64,000 nucleotides of DNA, taken from the NCBI GenBank assembly GCA_937899865.1, contig CALBRH010000044.1:78981-142980 (forward strand), read 5' to 3'. Below the pieces are notes generated by a model that saw only the letters and a list, made by a program, of their open reading frames with translations, was not told the origin of the DNA and did no database searches. The DNA comes from an uncultured euryarchaeote (GTDB lineage: Archaea > Thermoplasmatota > Poseidoniia > Poseidoniales > Poseidoniaceae). Made by a program: the position numbers and the translations under genes. Positions 56,501 through 64,000 of this stretch are shown in pieces. The number at the start of each line of letters is the position of its first letter. Positions within the stretch are counted from its first letter, which is position 1.

Positions 56501-58512
56501 TATCACACTCAATTCGCTTGACGATTATTATTGAAGAAGTTGATGATGTAAAAATAGTAGTTAGTGGAACTACAGGTTTGTCAGCATTACCAGGAGAATC
56601 AGCATCATTTGCTATTTCTGCGCTAAATATTGGTAATTCGGAAGCACAATATTCGGTAGAATGTATGTCGGAGAATCTTTGGCAAATCATGTTAGGGAAT
56701 TCTAATTCATCATCCCTTGACTTTGAATCTCTTGATATTGGGAATTACCTATCAATGCCAGTACGTATCTTTGTCCCACCAGTTTCTCAAGGTAATCCTT
56801 TGTCCGGTTTCCAAGATACTGTAGAATGTTTTGTAACCTCTTCTACAGACATAACTCTAAACTATTCTCAAATGGTTGTAGTAGAAGTGGATGAACTTTA
56901 TGAGTATACAACTAACTTGCAAAAGGATGGTATGGATGTTGGTACAAATTTAGAGGTGCGAGATATATTCATAGATAGTGGAGAAGAGATTTCTTTAGAT
57001 TTTGAAGTTATCAATCAAGGCAATGTTGACATTACACTTGATGTAATTGTTCAGCCATCTAATCCAAGTTGGTACTTCGATGTTATTTATGATGGTTTAT
57101 TTTACGAAAACACAGTTGCTGTAACAGTAGCAGCAGGTCAGTCAAAAATTGTCGAAATTATTCTGGCATCACCAGAATCATCTTTAGAAGGCGACTTTAA
57201 CTTTTTCAATATTAAGGCTGAAGTTTCAAATTTTGATTATGTGACAAATAACACCAGGTTAGTAATCGTCGATAAATTATCTATCGAACTTGAATCTCCA
57301 GATAAGATCAGTTGCCAGTTATCAGAAGAATACTCATATGCTGATTTCATTATTACTAATGATGGTAATTCAGTGGCTAATCTTGATTGGTCATATTCGC
57401 TACCACCTGATGGATGGGTAGTTGGCTTTGCAAACCCAGTGACTCAATTGCAACCCAGAGAAAATCAAACTGTAAGTTTGGGAATTATTCCTCCTGCAAA
57501 TGAACAAATAACTGGTAGTGCTTTCAAAATATCAATTTCTGTTAGTGCCACTAATGGAGATAGATTAGTCGAGAAGAGTGTAATTTTAGATGTTGAAATC
57601 AAAGAATCAATTTTTGGTAACATTACCTTGAATGATGAGGTAATACAACCTCTACTGGGTGTTCCAAAAGGAAGTAGCCAGTCAACAACAATTGAAATTA
57701 GAAATGATGGTAATATGCCACTTGAAGGAGATTTATCTATCATTGTTGTTGACGAATCGGGTAATGAAATTAGTGGATGGAGGCCTAGTGTTTCACCATC
57801 TAATATTGCTACTAATCCAGGAGAAACTCAAACTGTGGAAGTCAAACTTAATCCTAAAGATAGCGTAGATAGAGGTCCATTCACTGTAATTGTTTCATTG
57901 ACTACAGGTGATGAAATTATTACGACTTTTAATCTTCAAACATCATCATCTCCTGCTGAAGGAAATAAAGGACTATTCAATATCGTACCTTGGTATGTAT
58001 CTTTAATTATCGTTGCATCATTAGTAGGAGTGCTGGTAGTTGTTTCTCGCAAAGTTAAGAGGTCTGGTTCATCAGAAGATGATGGTACACAGTTAGTTAC
58101 TGCTGATGCATATGGCAGTTTACCAGATGCTGGTAGCCGCAGAGAACAAGCTCTTGATATTGGATTGTCACAAGACGACATGACCAGTGGTGAAGTATCA
58201 CAAGAAGAGATTGCAGCAGCACTTGCAAAATCAATGGCAGAACAATTTACCCCACCTCCTTCTCCAAACATCCCACCTGCAGGTTTACCTCCGATTGGTA
58301 AGGTTCCAGCAGGCATGCCGCCTTTGGGTCAAGTTCCTAAAGGATTACCACCTGCTTTGCCGCAAAAACCAGTAGTAAATTTACCACCTCCAGCCCCTCA
58401 AAACCCCTCTACGACTATACCTCCATTACCAGCGGCAGGGCTTCCAGCAGGATGGACAATTGAGCAATGGAATGCTTATGGTCATATGTGGCTGGAAAAG
58501 AATCAGCGTTAA
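53587..58512 (+). CDS. Large membrane-anchored S8 serine peptidase (KP-43-like) with CARDB/NEW3-like modules
   Basis: ADTG (D 54433), HGT (H 54535), GTS (S 55123), DGRIKPDVVAPG, QEGWG, LVNDLDL and NNVE; C-terminal TM and Pro-rich tail; start moved to ATG 53587. Confidence 0.9.
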   Translation: MLKPRQVLFGIILFLGISFSPMVNNDVLEADMTAETTQFDENYGKLANAADNWHQASSKTIDGLTVKELSGNFNLAHGSFDPLSEFPPYIPDLFKNDNDFQNTGMKFVQLMDYQYQLLYDLENNGDIKILDVLGDGNFIIRISSNGVGALEQLENSVQIRWMENIHPGYRLHPDLLINNKYSTLAVVPTNDLGHGGYGELALDLVNYGANDAWCGYSMCQVELVNYNQFILSAANDGRIIWVEPISQLTVHNGVARAISGVVSVENDALFTLDGSGEMLAIADTGLDRDHPDIAGRVAAVYTQFGLDTSPADTNGGHGTHVTLTAIGDGTSDSSTKGIAPEASVTMYALEHDPTGVFGRQGSIYDLLADAKQKTARIAINAWGLNGNYGEYTADSRSVDQFVKDEETLLPIFSVGDWEGNGDSLVTAPATAKNVLSVGVSTTGSGGSTPQGSVDPISREGPTIDGRIKPDVVAPGIEICSGRAEEARNPSGFACATGVHSNGESQYMTLSGTSQSASVAGGLAALTREYLREQVNIPSPSASLIKAAMINGADDLGAPDVPNNQEGWGQLNLQNTVMPMDGNTELSTFYDDGKTLQPSFGLLYELNLDPVHGIEVTLAWNDEAGSANSAQTSSKLVNDLDLILFDPDGNQWLGNNFNLGYSALGGTSDSLNNVERISIEPNTMSNAGQWLVQVIHRGGVNQDFSIVITGDASIVSRPDLYAFPESIYLSSESPLQNDVVSVRVSWMNQGTADAGSFDWKLEDLTEGTVLMQGQSSGVSSSGIQSEITTRSFSTTGTHTLKLSLDVNNDLDEMNDESSGVNNNILEIDVVVSALGVRVIPLDDDGNVPVSEAERQQAAIKQFDVRNDTDIDIPISIVNEGTGTEMVTLSYTNVQEKHPVFNYFISPEDSWQKSVSQSGPYQLAPQGQTDDSIEVTLNFDNINSNLDDPDNPRYARSGTFYVDVTVAYQTQPTVSHSIRLTIIIEEVDDVKIVVSGTTGLSALPGESASFAISALNIGNSEAQYSVECMSENLWQIMLGNSNSSSLDFESLDIGNYLSMPVRIFVPPVSQGNPLSGFQDTVECFVTSSTDITLNYSQMVVVEVDELYEYTTNLQKDGMDVGTNLEVRDIFIDSGEEISLDFEVINQGNVDITLDVIVQPSNPSWYFDVIYDGLFYENTVAVTVAAGQSKIVEIILASPESSLEGDFNFFNIKAEVSNFDYVTNNTRLVIVDKLSIELESPDKISCQLSEEYSYADFIITNDGNSVANLDWSYSLPPDGWVVGFANPVTQLQPRENQTVSLGIIPPANEQITGSAFKISISVSATNGDRLVEKSVILDVEIKESIFGNITLNDEVIQPLLGVPKGSSQSTTIEIRNDGNMPLEGDLSIIVVDESGNEISGWRPSVSPSNIATNPGETQTVEVKLNPKDSVDRGPFTVIVSLTTGDEIITTFNLQTSSSPAEGNKGLFNIVPWYVSLIIVASLVGVLVVVSRKVKRSGSSEDDGTQLVTADAYGSLPDAGSRREQALDIGLSQDDMTSGEVSQEEIAAALAKSMAEQFTPPPSPNIPPAGLPPIGKVPAGMPPLGQVPKGLPPALPQKPVVNLPPPAPQNPSTTIPPLPAAGLPAGWTIEQWNAYGHMWLEKNQR

Positions 58513-58549
58513 GTGCTACATTGAAATTAGATGAATTTCTCGGCCAACT

Positions 58550-59182
58550 ATGACCAGCATAGTTTTGTTTGGACCTCCTGGTGCCGGTAAGGGTACTCAG
58601 GCTGCAAGAATTACTGATTCGACCGGATTGCCTCAAGTTTCTACTGGTGATATGTTGAGGGCAGCAGTAAAAAATGGGACTGAAACTGGAATGGCAGCCA
58701 AGCAATATATGGATGCTGGCCAGTTAGTTCCAGATTCCATTATTATCGACTTGATAAAGGAACGAGTACTAGAAAAAGATGCTCAAAATGGCTTGATGTT
58801 TGACGGATTTCCAAGAACAGTGCCTCAAGCTGAAGCTCTTGCAGAAATAACAGAAGTGAGTCATGTAATTTCTATTGAAGTCCCAGATGAAAGGATAGTA
58901 GAACGAATTTGTGGAAGATATTCTTGTGCTAGTTGTGGTGCAGTATATCATGATACTTTTAATCCGACAAGTACAGAAGGCGTTTGTGATCAGTGTGGTA
59001 GTAAAGAGATGAAACGTAGGGCAGATGATAATGAATCTACAGTATTACAAAGATTAGGTGCATATCACGAACAGACATCTCCACTTGCTGACTGGTATGA
59101 TGCTAAAGGAATCTTTCATAGAATTGATGGAGATCGTGATATCGATCAAATCACAGTTGATATTTTGCAAGCATTAGAATAA
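58550..59182 (+). CDS. adk: Adenylate kinase (bacterial-type, Zn-lid)
   Basis: GPPGAGKGTQ, STGDMLR, GQLVPD, FDGFPRT, lid CASC ... CDQC and RADD. Confidence 0.96.
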   Translation: MTSIVLFGPPGAGKGTQAARITDSTGLPQVSTGDMLRAAVKNGTETGMAAKQYMDAGQLVPDSIIIDLIKERVLEKDAQNGLMFDGFPRTVPQAEALAEITEVSHVISIEVPDERIVERICGRYSCASCGAVYHDTFNPTSTEGVCDQCGSKEMKRRADDNESTVLQRLGAYHEQTSPLADWYDAKGIFHRIDGDRDIDQITVDILQALE

Positions 59183-59193
59183 TTGGTGATTTA

Positions 59194-59529
59194 ATGGGCA
59201 GGCGAAGGTCGCAAAATAAATCAAAAAGCGACCGAAAGAGAGGGTCTATCATGGTTCAAAGAGAACTGTCATCAATTATTCTTAATAATGAAAACGAGTC
59301 TGTTGAACTAAAGCAAAATGCAGCAGAGAAGTTAATTGCATTAAACCGTAAACATCGACTTGAAATGCCAAAGCAAGTAGGGTTAATGATTTGCAAAAAA
59401 TGTCATGTTCTATACGATACTAATAACTCAAGAACGCGAATAAAGCATGGTCAATTAATAATATCCTGTCTTAAATGTGAATCGGTTAGAAGGATAGGTG
59501 GTGGCCCCAAATCACATAGGAGGCGATGA
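59194..59529 (+). CDS. rnp4: Ribonuclease P protein component 4 (Rpp21)
   Basis: ICKKC ... CLKC zinc ribbon, RxRIK strand, KHRL motif; adjacent to yhbY. Confidence 0.75.
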   Translation: MGRRRSQNKSKSDRKRGSIMVQRELSSIILNNENESVELKQNAAEKLIALNRKHRLEMPKQVGLMICKKCHVLYDTNNSRTRIKHGQLIISCLKCESVRRIGGGPKSHRRR

Positions 59530-59530
59530 C

Positions 59531-59797
59531 TTGTCCGAAATTCCCAAAAATATCAAAAAGATGGCATTGTCAAGAGATTTAAAGCCAACAATTAGAGTCG
59601 GTAAATCTGGTATTACTGATAACTTAATTTTGGAAATAACAGACCAATTGTCGACTAAAAAACTTGTAAAAATCAAAATTAATCGCGGTTTGTTTCAAAA
59701 AAGTGACTTTGATTCACTTTGGTCACACCTTGCAAAAACGACTAATTCCACACTTGTATCTGCTCGTGGAAATGTTGGGGTATTGTGGAAACATTAG
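59531..59797 (+). CDS. yhbY: YhbY/CRM-domain RNA-binding protein
   Basis: LKPTIRVGKSGIT, LVKIKI and GNVGVLWK; probable TTG start at 59531 after a GGAGG SD. Confidence 0.85.
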   Translation: MSEIPKNIKKMALSRDLKPTIRVGKSGITDNLILEITDQLSTKKLVKIKINRGLFQKSDFDSLWSHLAKTTNSTLVSARGNVGVLWKH

Positions 59798-59856
59798 TAT
59801 TTTCATACACAATGCTCAAAGATTCGTTTCAGGTGGCTTGGGTTAAGGGATGAATT

Positions 59857-61587
59857 ATGTTCAACTTAGTGGATAAAAATAGCCGTTCAAAAAGGATAGC
59901 ATTTGCACTGCTTTTAGTTGTTGGTTGTTTGTCAATAATTGGTCATACCAGTGCTGCAGGTTCAGGTGGTACTGATGTTCATATTGAGTTGAGCATCAAA
60001 GATGGAATGGAAAATACTGCAATAGGAGTTGGCCTTGCAATCTTAATTTTTGTATATATTCTAATTATCTTTGAAACCGTTCACAGAACTCTTGCAGCAG
60101 CAACTGGAGGATTGATTGCAGTCATTGCTTTGAATTACTTTACCAACGAACCTGCATTGAGTTTGAAAGCCGTTACTACTATGATTGATTGGGAAACAAT
60201 TGGTCTGTTACTCGGAATGATGGTTATGGTTGGAGTAATTTCTCACACTGGAGTTTTCGAATGGTTTGCTGTCGAAGCATACAAAAGAAGCGAAGGTTCG
60301 ATATGGGCTCTTGTAGTAATTTTGTGTATCGTTACTGCAGTTCTATCAGCATTTTTAGATAATGTTACGACAATTCTGTTACTTACTCCAGTAACCATAC
60401 AACTGGCTAAGGTATTGGATTTGCAACCAGTTCCATTACTGATTGCTGAAGTGTTATTCTCTAATATTGGTGGTGCTGCAACTATGATTGGTGACCCGCC
60501 AAATATCATGATTGGTTCAGGATTATCTCCTGATGCAATCGAGAGAGCTGAAGGTGGAAAGTATGCTGATTTGGCTAGTGAAGGTGTAAACTTTAATGAT
60601 TTCATAATTGAAATGGCACCTGGTATTTTGATGACAGTAGTTCCTGCATTCATGCTTCTAAAATGGATGTACAAAGATGAATTCTCTGGCAAGAGGATAC
60701 GTGATGTTGCAGAACTAGAATCCAAATATGGCATTAGAGATCATAAGATGTTAACTACAAGTGGTTTTATTCTTGGTTTAGTTATTCTTGGATTCTTTTT
60801 GCATCCAATAACTCATATGCCTGTATCATGGATTGCTCTAGGTGGAGCTGTACTTATGCTGCTTGCGACTAATAGGCATGAACTAGAAGAACCATTAGAA
60901 GAAGTTGAATGGACTACACTATTGTTCTTTGCTGGATTATTTGTCTTAGTGCACTCATTGCAATACATGGGCGTTATCAATTTCATTGGCGAATATGTTG
61001 AGCGAGCAATTGTGTGGTTCCCTCAAGGGGATGATGGAATTATTCGTCTAACTGCTGCTATGCTTATTCTGCTGTGGGTTTCAGCAATAGCATCAGCTTT
61101 CATCGATAATATTCCTTATACTGCTACCATGATTCCGATAGTTCTACAAATTTCTCAAGGAGCAAATGTTGAATTGGGTCCACTAATTTGGGCACTAGCA
61201 TTTGGCGCTTGTTTAGGAGGTAATGGTACACTAATCGGTGCATCAGCGAATGTAGTAATGGCAGGAATGTCTGAAGAAGCAGGCTATCCAGTATCTTTCA
61301 ATGAATTTTTCAAGGCTGGGTTCCCAATGATGTTGTTAACTACTGCAATTGTATCTCTTTACATGGTACTTGTCTACTCTGTTGGCGGTGGTGGAGCGAT
61401 GTGGAAACTTGCTCTAGTCGCAATCACTATGGTTGGGATAATCTACCAAGTTTACAGAGGTCGTTCTAAAGGTAAAAATTTAGCAGACTCATTGGTTGAC
61501 CATGATTTAGAAGAACTCAAAGATTTGGCTGGTACCAAATTAAGCAAAGTAAAGGGTGTTGTATCAGGCGCATCTGAGTCCGAATAG
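59857..61587 (+). CDS. ArsB/NhaD (ion transporter superfamily) permease, P-protein-like
   Basis: IDWETIGLLLGMM, SAFLDNVTT, SNIGGAATMIGDPPNI, SAFIDNIPY and GACLGGNGTLIGASAN. Confidence 0.9.
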   Translation: MFNLVDKNSRSKRIAFALLLVVGCLSIIGHTSAAGSGGTDVHIELSIKDGMENTAIGVGLAILIFVYILIIFETVHRTLAAATGGLIAVIALNYFTNEPALSLKAVTTMIDWETIGLLLGMMVMVGVISHTGVFEWFAVEAYKRSEGSIWALVVILCIVTAVLSAFLDNVTTILLLTPVTIQLAKVLDLQPVPLLIAEVLFSNIGGAATMIGDPPNIMIGSGLSPDAIERAEGGKYADLASEGVNFNDFIIEMAPGILMTVVPAFMLLKWMYKDEFSGKRIRDVAELESKYGIRDHKMLTTSGFILGLVILGFFLHPITHMPVSWIALGGAVLMLLATNRHELEEPLEEVEWTTLLFFAGLFVLVHSLQYMGVINFIGEYVERAIVWFPQGDDGIIRLTAAMLILLWVSAIASAFIDNIPYTATMIPIVLQISQGANVELGPLIWALAFGACLGGNGTLIGASANVVMAGMSEEAGYPVSFNEFFKAGFPMMLLTTAIVSLYMVLVYSVGGGGAMWKLALVAITMVGIIYQVYRGRSKGKNLADSLVDHDLEELKDLAGTKLSKVKGVVSGASESE

Positions 61588-61654
61588 ACAAATTAGCAAC
61601 CTTTTGAGCGTACACTTGAAAGGCAATGTGGTATTGGTGTAAATTGGTCAGGTC

Positions 61655-62956
61655 ATGTTTGAGTGTAGCATTTGTGGTTTGTTATCTCTAAATGCAATCT
61701 CATGTCCAGCATGTGGTAGTCAAAACCTCAAGGATTTGTCGGCTACTGATTCACAAAGTGAAGATCTCCCCAAAGAAATTCCAGGATTAGATGATGCAGC
61801 AGAATCATGGCATGATCTCGAAGGTTCTTCTAATGAAGAAAATGACTCTACCCACTTCTCATCTCTTGAGCCAAATAGTCGAAGTAGTCTGCCGTTTGGC
61901 TTTTCTGGAGAGTCAAATTTTCAAGTTTCAAGGTTGCCTTTTGGCATCGGGAGTCATGCTGATGGAATACCATTTGATAATGAATCAAACCAAAGGTCAG
62001 TAATCGATGATGAACAAACTCATGTGTCAGATGAGCAATTAGATTCTATTCCTCAAAGAGAGTCTAGTGAAACATCTTTGAATTTCGAACCTGAAGAGCA
62101 AATGGCTGAAGTTGTAATTAAGCGAAACAATCCAATTAGAATTCAACCTTTGTCAAAGCAGACTGAAACAATAACGCCATCATCTGTCACTGATACTCTG
62201 CCTTCAGATTTTGATGTACCTGATGATAGTTTAGATGAAATCCCAGAAGAATGGCGAATATCTGCTTCTGAGGCTAATATGGATGAGATATATTCTACTG
62301 GAGATGAAGTGGTAGAAGTAGTTCATCATTATGAGGAAGATGTGGTAGTTTTTGATCATCAAAGTAATCAGTCTGTTAACAATCAGAGTTTTGATTTAGA
62401 AGAATCAGATATATTGTCATTGGAACTTCATCCAGCAAGAGCGTTAGATGTTAACTTGCTAAAGAACCCCGAATGTCGTGAAGATTTAGATGCTGGATTC
62501 TTTGCAATCGCAAAAAATAGTTGGGCTGAGGCTGCCATAAAATTCCAACAAATCGCATCTCGAATGCCAGGCGATTCAGCAGTTTACAATAACTATGGTC
62601 TAGCATTATTACAAAGGGCGATAGAGATGGCAAAAGATTCAGATGAATCTATTCAAATGCTGGCTTCCTCACAATTTGAATCCGCAATTTTGGCTCTGCG
62701 AGAAGCAGCAAAAAGTGATCCTGATGAGCCAGTGATTTTACTAAACTTAGCCCATGCATTACTGGTTAGTGGGCGTTCAGAAAAGGCATTGAAAATTATC
62801 ACTGTTCACAACTCTAAGCATCCGAATTCTGCTGAAGGAGTAAATTTGGAGGCAGCTACCTTGGTTAGTCTCGGTCAGAGTGTCAATGCAAAGACAAAAC
62901 TATCACAATTTAGAGGAGATTCAATAGTCGAAGAAAATCTCGCAAGATTACTCTAA
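61655..62956 (+). CDS. Zinc ribbon - acidic linker - TPR protein
   Basis: N-terminal CSICG ... CPACG, long acidic low-complexity region, TPR-like helices (AVYNNYGLAL, ILLNLAHALL). Confidence 0.75.
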   Translation: MFECSICGLLSLNAISCPACGSQNLKDLSATDSQSEDLPKEIPGLDDAAESWHDLEGSSNEENDSTHFSSLEPNSRSSLPFGFSGESNFQVSRLPFGIGSHADGIPFDNESNQRSVIDDEQTHVSDEQLDSIPQRESSETSLNFEPEEQMAEVVIKRNNPIRIQPLSKQTETITPSSVTDTLPSDFDVPDDSLDEIPEEWRISASEANMDEIYSTGDEVVEVVHHYEEDVVVFDHQSNQSVNNQSFDLEESDILSLELHPARALDVNLLKNPECREDLDAGFFAIAKNSWAEAAIKFQQIASRMPGDSAVYNNYGLALLQRAIEMAKDSDESIQMLASSQFESAILALREAAKSDPDEPVILLNLAHALLVSGRSEKALKIITVHNSKHPNSAEGVNLEAATLVSLGQSVNAKTKLSQFRGDSIVEENLARLL

Positions 62957-63037
62957 TTTTGGCAAATTTATAGGTTTTTGAAAAAATAACTAAAATCGTT
63001 GTACTCAACAATTTTTTTCAATTCAAAAAATACCTAC

Positions 63038-63057
63038 TAAACCGATTTATTCATATA
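63038..63057 (+). promoter_or_regulatory. Putative rRNA promoter (BRE plus TATA-like box)
   Basis: AAACCGA followed by TTTATTCATATA, with A/T tracts upstream and an abrupt switch to GC-rich structured sequence downstream. Confidence 0.5.
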
Positions 63058-63069
63058 CGGGAGGTAGGT

Positions 63070-63214
63070 CGGTTGGTTGCTTAGCACCTTGGCATGCCTA
63101 TGTCAGGGGAAGGGCTGAGGAGGACCATCCCGGAGGAGTTGGTCTTTTGTGGAAGCCGAATTGGCATGAATTAGATACCGAAGGGTTACTCGCATGGTGT
63201 GGTAACATACATGT
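63070..63214 (+). other. Structured 5' leader (external transcribed spacer) of pre-23S rRNA
   Basis: 9-bp hairpin 63087-63108, kink-turn-like stem 63113-63157, hairpin 63185-63206. Confidence 0.55.
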
Positions 63215-64000
63215 GATGCTACAACCCAACTGGGGGATCGCTCGGCTCGAGTGCCGATGAAGGTCGTGACAAGCTGCGATAAGCTGCGGGGAGGTGCATG
63301 AATACCATGGATCCGCAGATTGCCGAATGGGACTTCCCGAATAATCGCGATGCGATGGGGAACCCTCCGAATTGAAGCATCTTAGTAGGAGGAGGAAATG
63401 AAATCAATAGAGATTCCGTTAGTAGTGGCGAATGAACACGGAATAGGACAAGCCGAATCCCGAAACGAAAGTGAGGGAGATGTGGTTGGCAGTCTTTTGT
63501 CTAAGTCATGGAAGGTGAAGTTGCCTGGAATGGCACATCCATAGAGGGTGAAAGTCCCGTAACCGTACATGATATGACCACGTGACTGTCAAAGAGTAGC
63601 ATGCGTTGGAAATCGCGTGTGAATGTGGGAGGCAGATACTTCCAATCCTAAATACAACTCGAGACCGATAGTTTACAAGTAACGTGAGTGAAAGCTGAAA
63701 AGTATCCTTGGCGGGATGTGAAAAGACCGTGAAACCAGTTGGGTACAGGCTGATTGGGCGTGAAAGCGATGATATGAGCAGCGTCCAGTCGTGCGTTTAG
63801 AAAAATGCCCCAGGGAGTTTTGATCAATGGCGAGGTTAAGGGGTTGATCCCCGAAGCCGAAGGGAAACCGACAAGTCCGCAGCAGTTTACTGTGAGGGAC
63901 GAAGTGTGCTCGCTTGGAGTCAATGGTGGAGGACCTGAAGCCCGACGATCTATGCCTGGCCAGATTGAAGCCCGACGAAAGTTGGGTGGAGGATCGAACC
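63215..64000 (+). rRNA. rrl: 23S ribosomal RNA, 5' part (3' truncated by the window; 5' end approximate)
   Basis: Archaeal LSU signatures GGATCGCTCGGCTCGAGTGCCGATGAAG, AAGCTGCGATAAGC, GAAGCATCTTAGTA, AGTAGTGGCGAATGAAC and GAGACCGATAG. Confidence 0.97.

Noticed and set aside
59498-59530. Apparent 32-bp overlap of rnp4 and yhbY
   Set aside because: Artefact of ORF extension; a TTG start at 59531 with a GGAGG SD removes it, and the rnp4-yhbY adjacency is a known archaeal arrangement.
63032-63074. Two inverted repeats (ACCTAC/GTAGGT and AACCGA/TCGGTT) flanking the rRNA TATA box
   Set aside because: The arms are not nested, so they cannot form one hairpin; they are only 6 bp, and the left arms lie upstream of the likely TSS.
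63070-63214. Possible separate ncRNA (SRP 7S RNA or 5S rRNA) before the 23S
   Set aside because: Lacks the SRP helix 8 GNRA/AGCAG signature and 5S motifs; better explained as pre-rRNA leader.
570-63923. The many 60-200 aa ORFs antisense to or out of frame within long genes (e.g. 570-890, 10954-11370, 46966-47556, 60243-60734)
   Set aside because: Fully nested in well-supported genes, with no motifs or SD/promoter support; expected shadow ORFs.
63219-63923. Three minus-strand ORFs at the window end
   Set aside because: They lie antisense to the 23S rRNA.
63936-63979. Direct repeat TGAAGCCCGACGA twice in the 23S
   Set aside because: Both copies fall in conserved rRNA helices; no sign of an insertion or duplication.
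1-64000. CRISPR arrays, IS elements, integrases, prophage or tRNA genes
   Set aside because: No regularly spaced DNA repeats, transposase/integrase motifs or tRNA T-arm/acceptor patterns seen; intergenic gaps are all under about 260 nt.

Overview
A gene-dense, AT-rich (about 35% GC by spot counts) archaeal chromosome segment. It is most consistent with Marine Group II Euryarchaeota (Ca. Poseidoniales, Thermoplasmatota). This is inferred from archaeal-type purD, rps15, rnp4, arcS, gapdh type II, gltX, pheT and rnhB, a 23S rRNA gene with no 16S upstream, and many large secreted or membrane-anchored proteins. The first 29 kb is a cell-surface locus. It holds a 3181-aa AglB oligosaccharyltransferase fused to a sequon-rich Ig-like stalk of about 1770 aa, a membrane-anchored subtilase, a beta-helix surface protein, a wHTH-STAND NTPase-TPR protein, three translationally coupled type IV pilin-like genes and a 1914-aa protein with about 25 DxDxDG calcium-binding loops. 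The rest is mostly housekeeping genes with several odd architectures: a pyroglutamyl peptidase-NUDIX fusion, a domain-swapped degenerate glutamate synthase, a degenerate DHH/RecJ protein and an S8 protease with Asp at the oxyanion position. At the DNA level, a TT(C/G)AA(A/G) box sits exactly 29 nt before several SD-less start codons, and the pre-23S leader can form a kink-turn. I found no CRISPR array, transposase, integrase or tRNA. All calls come from reading motifs by eye; no database searches were run.
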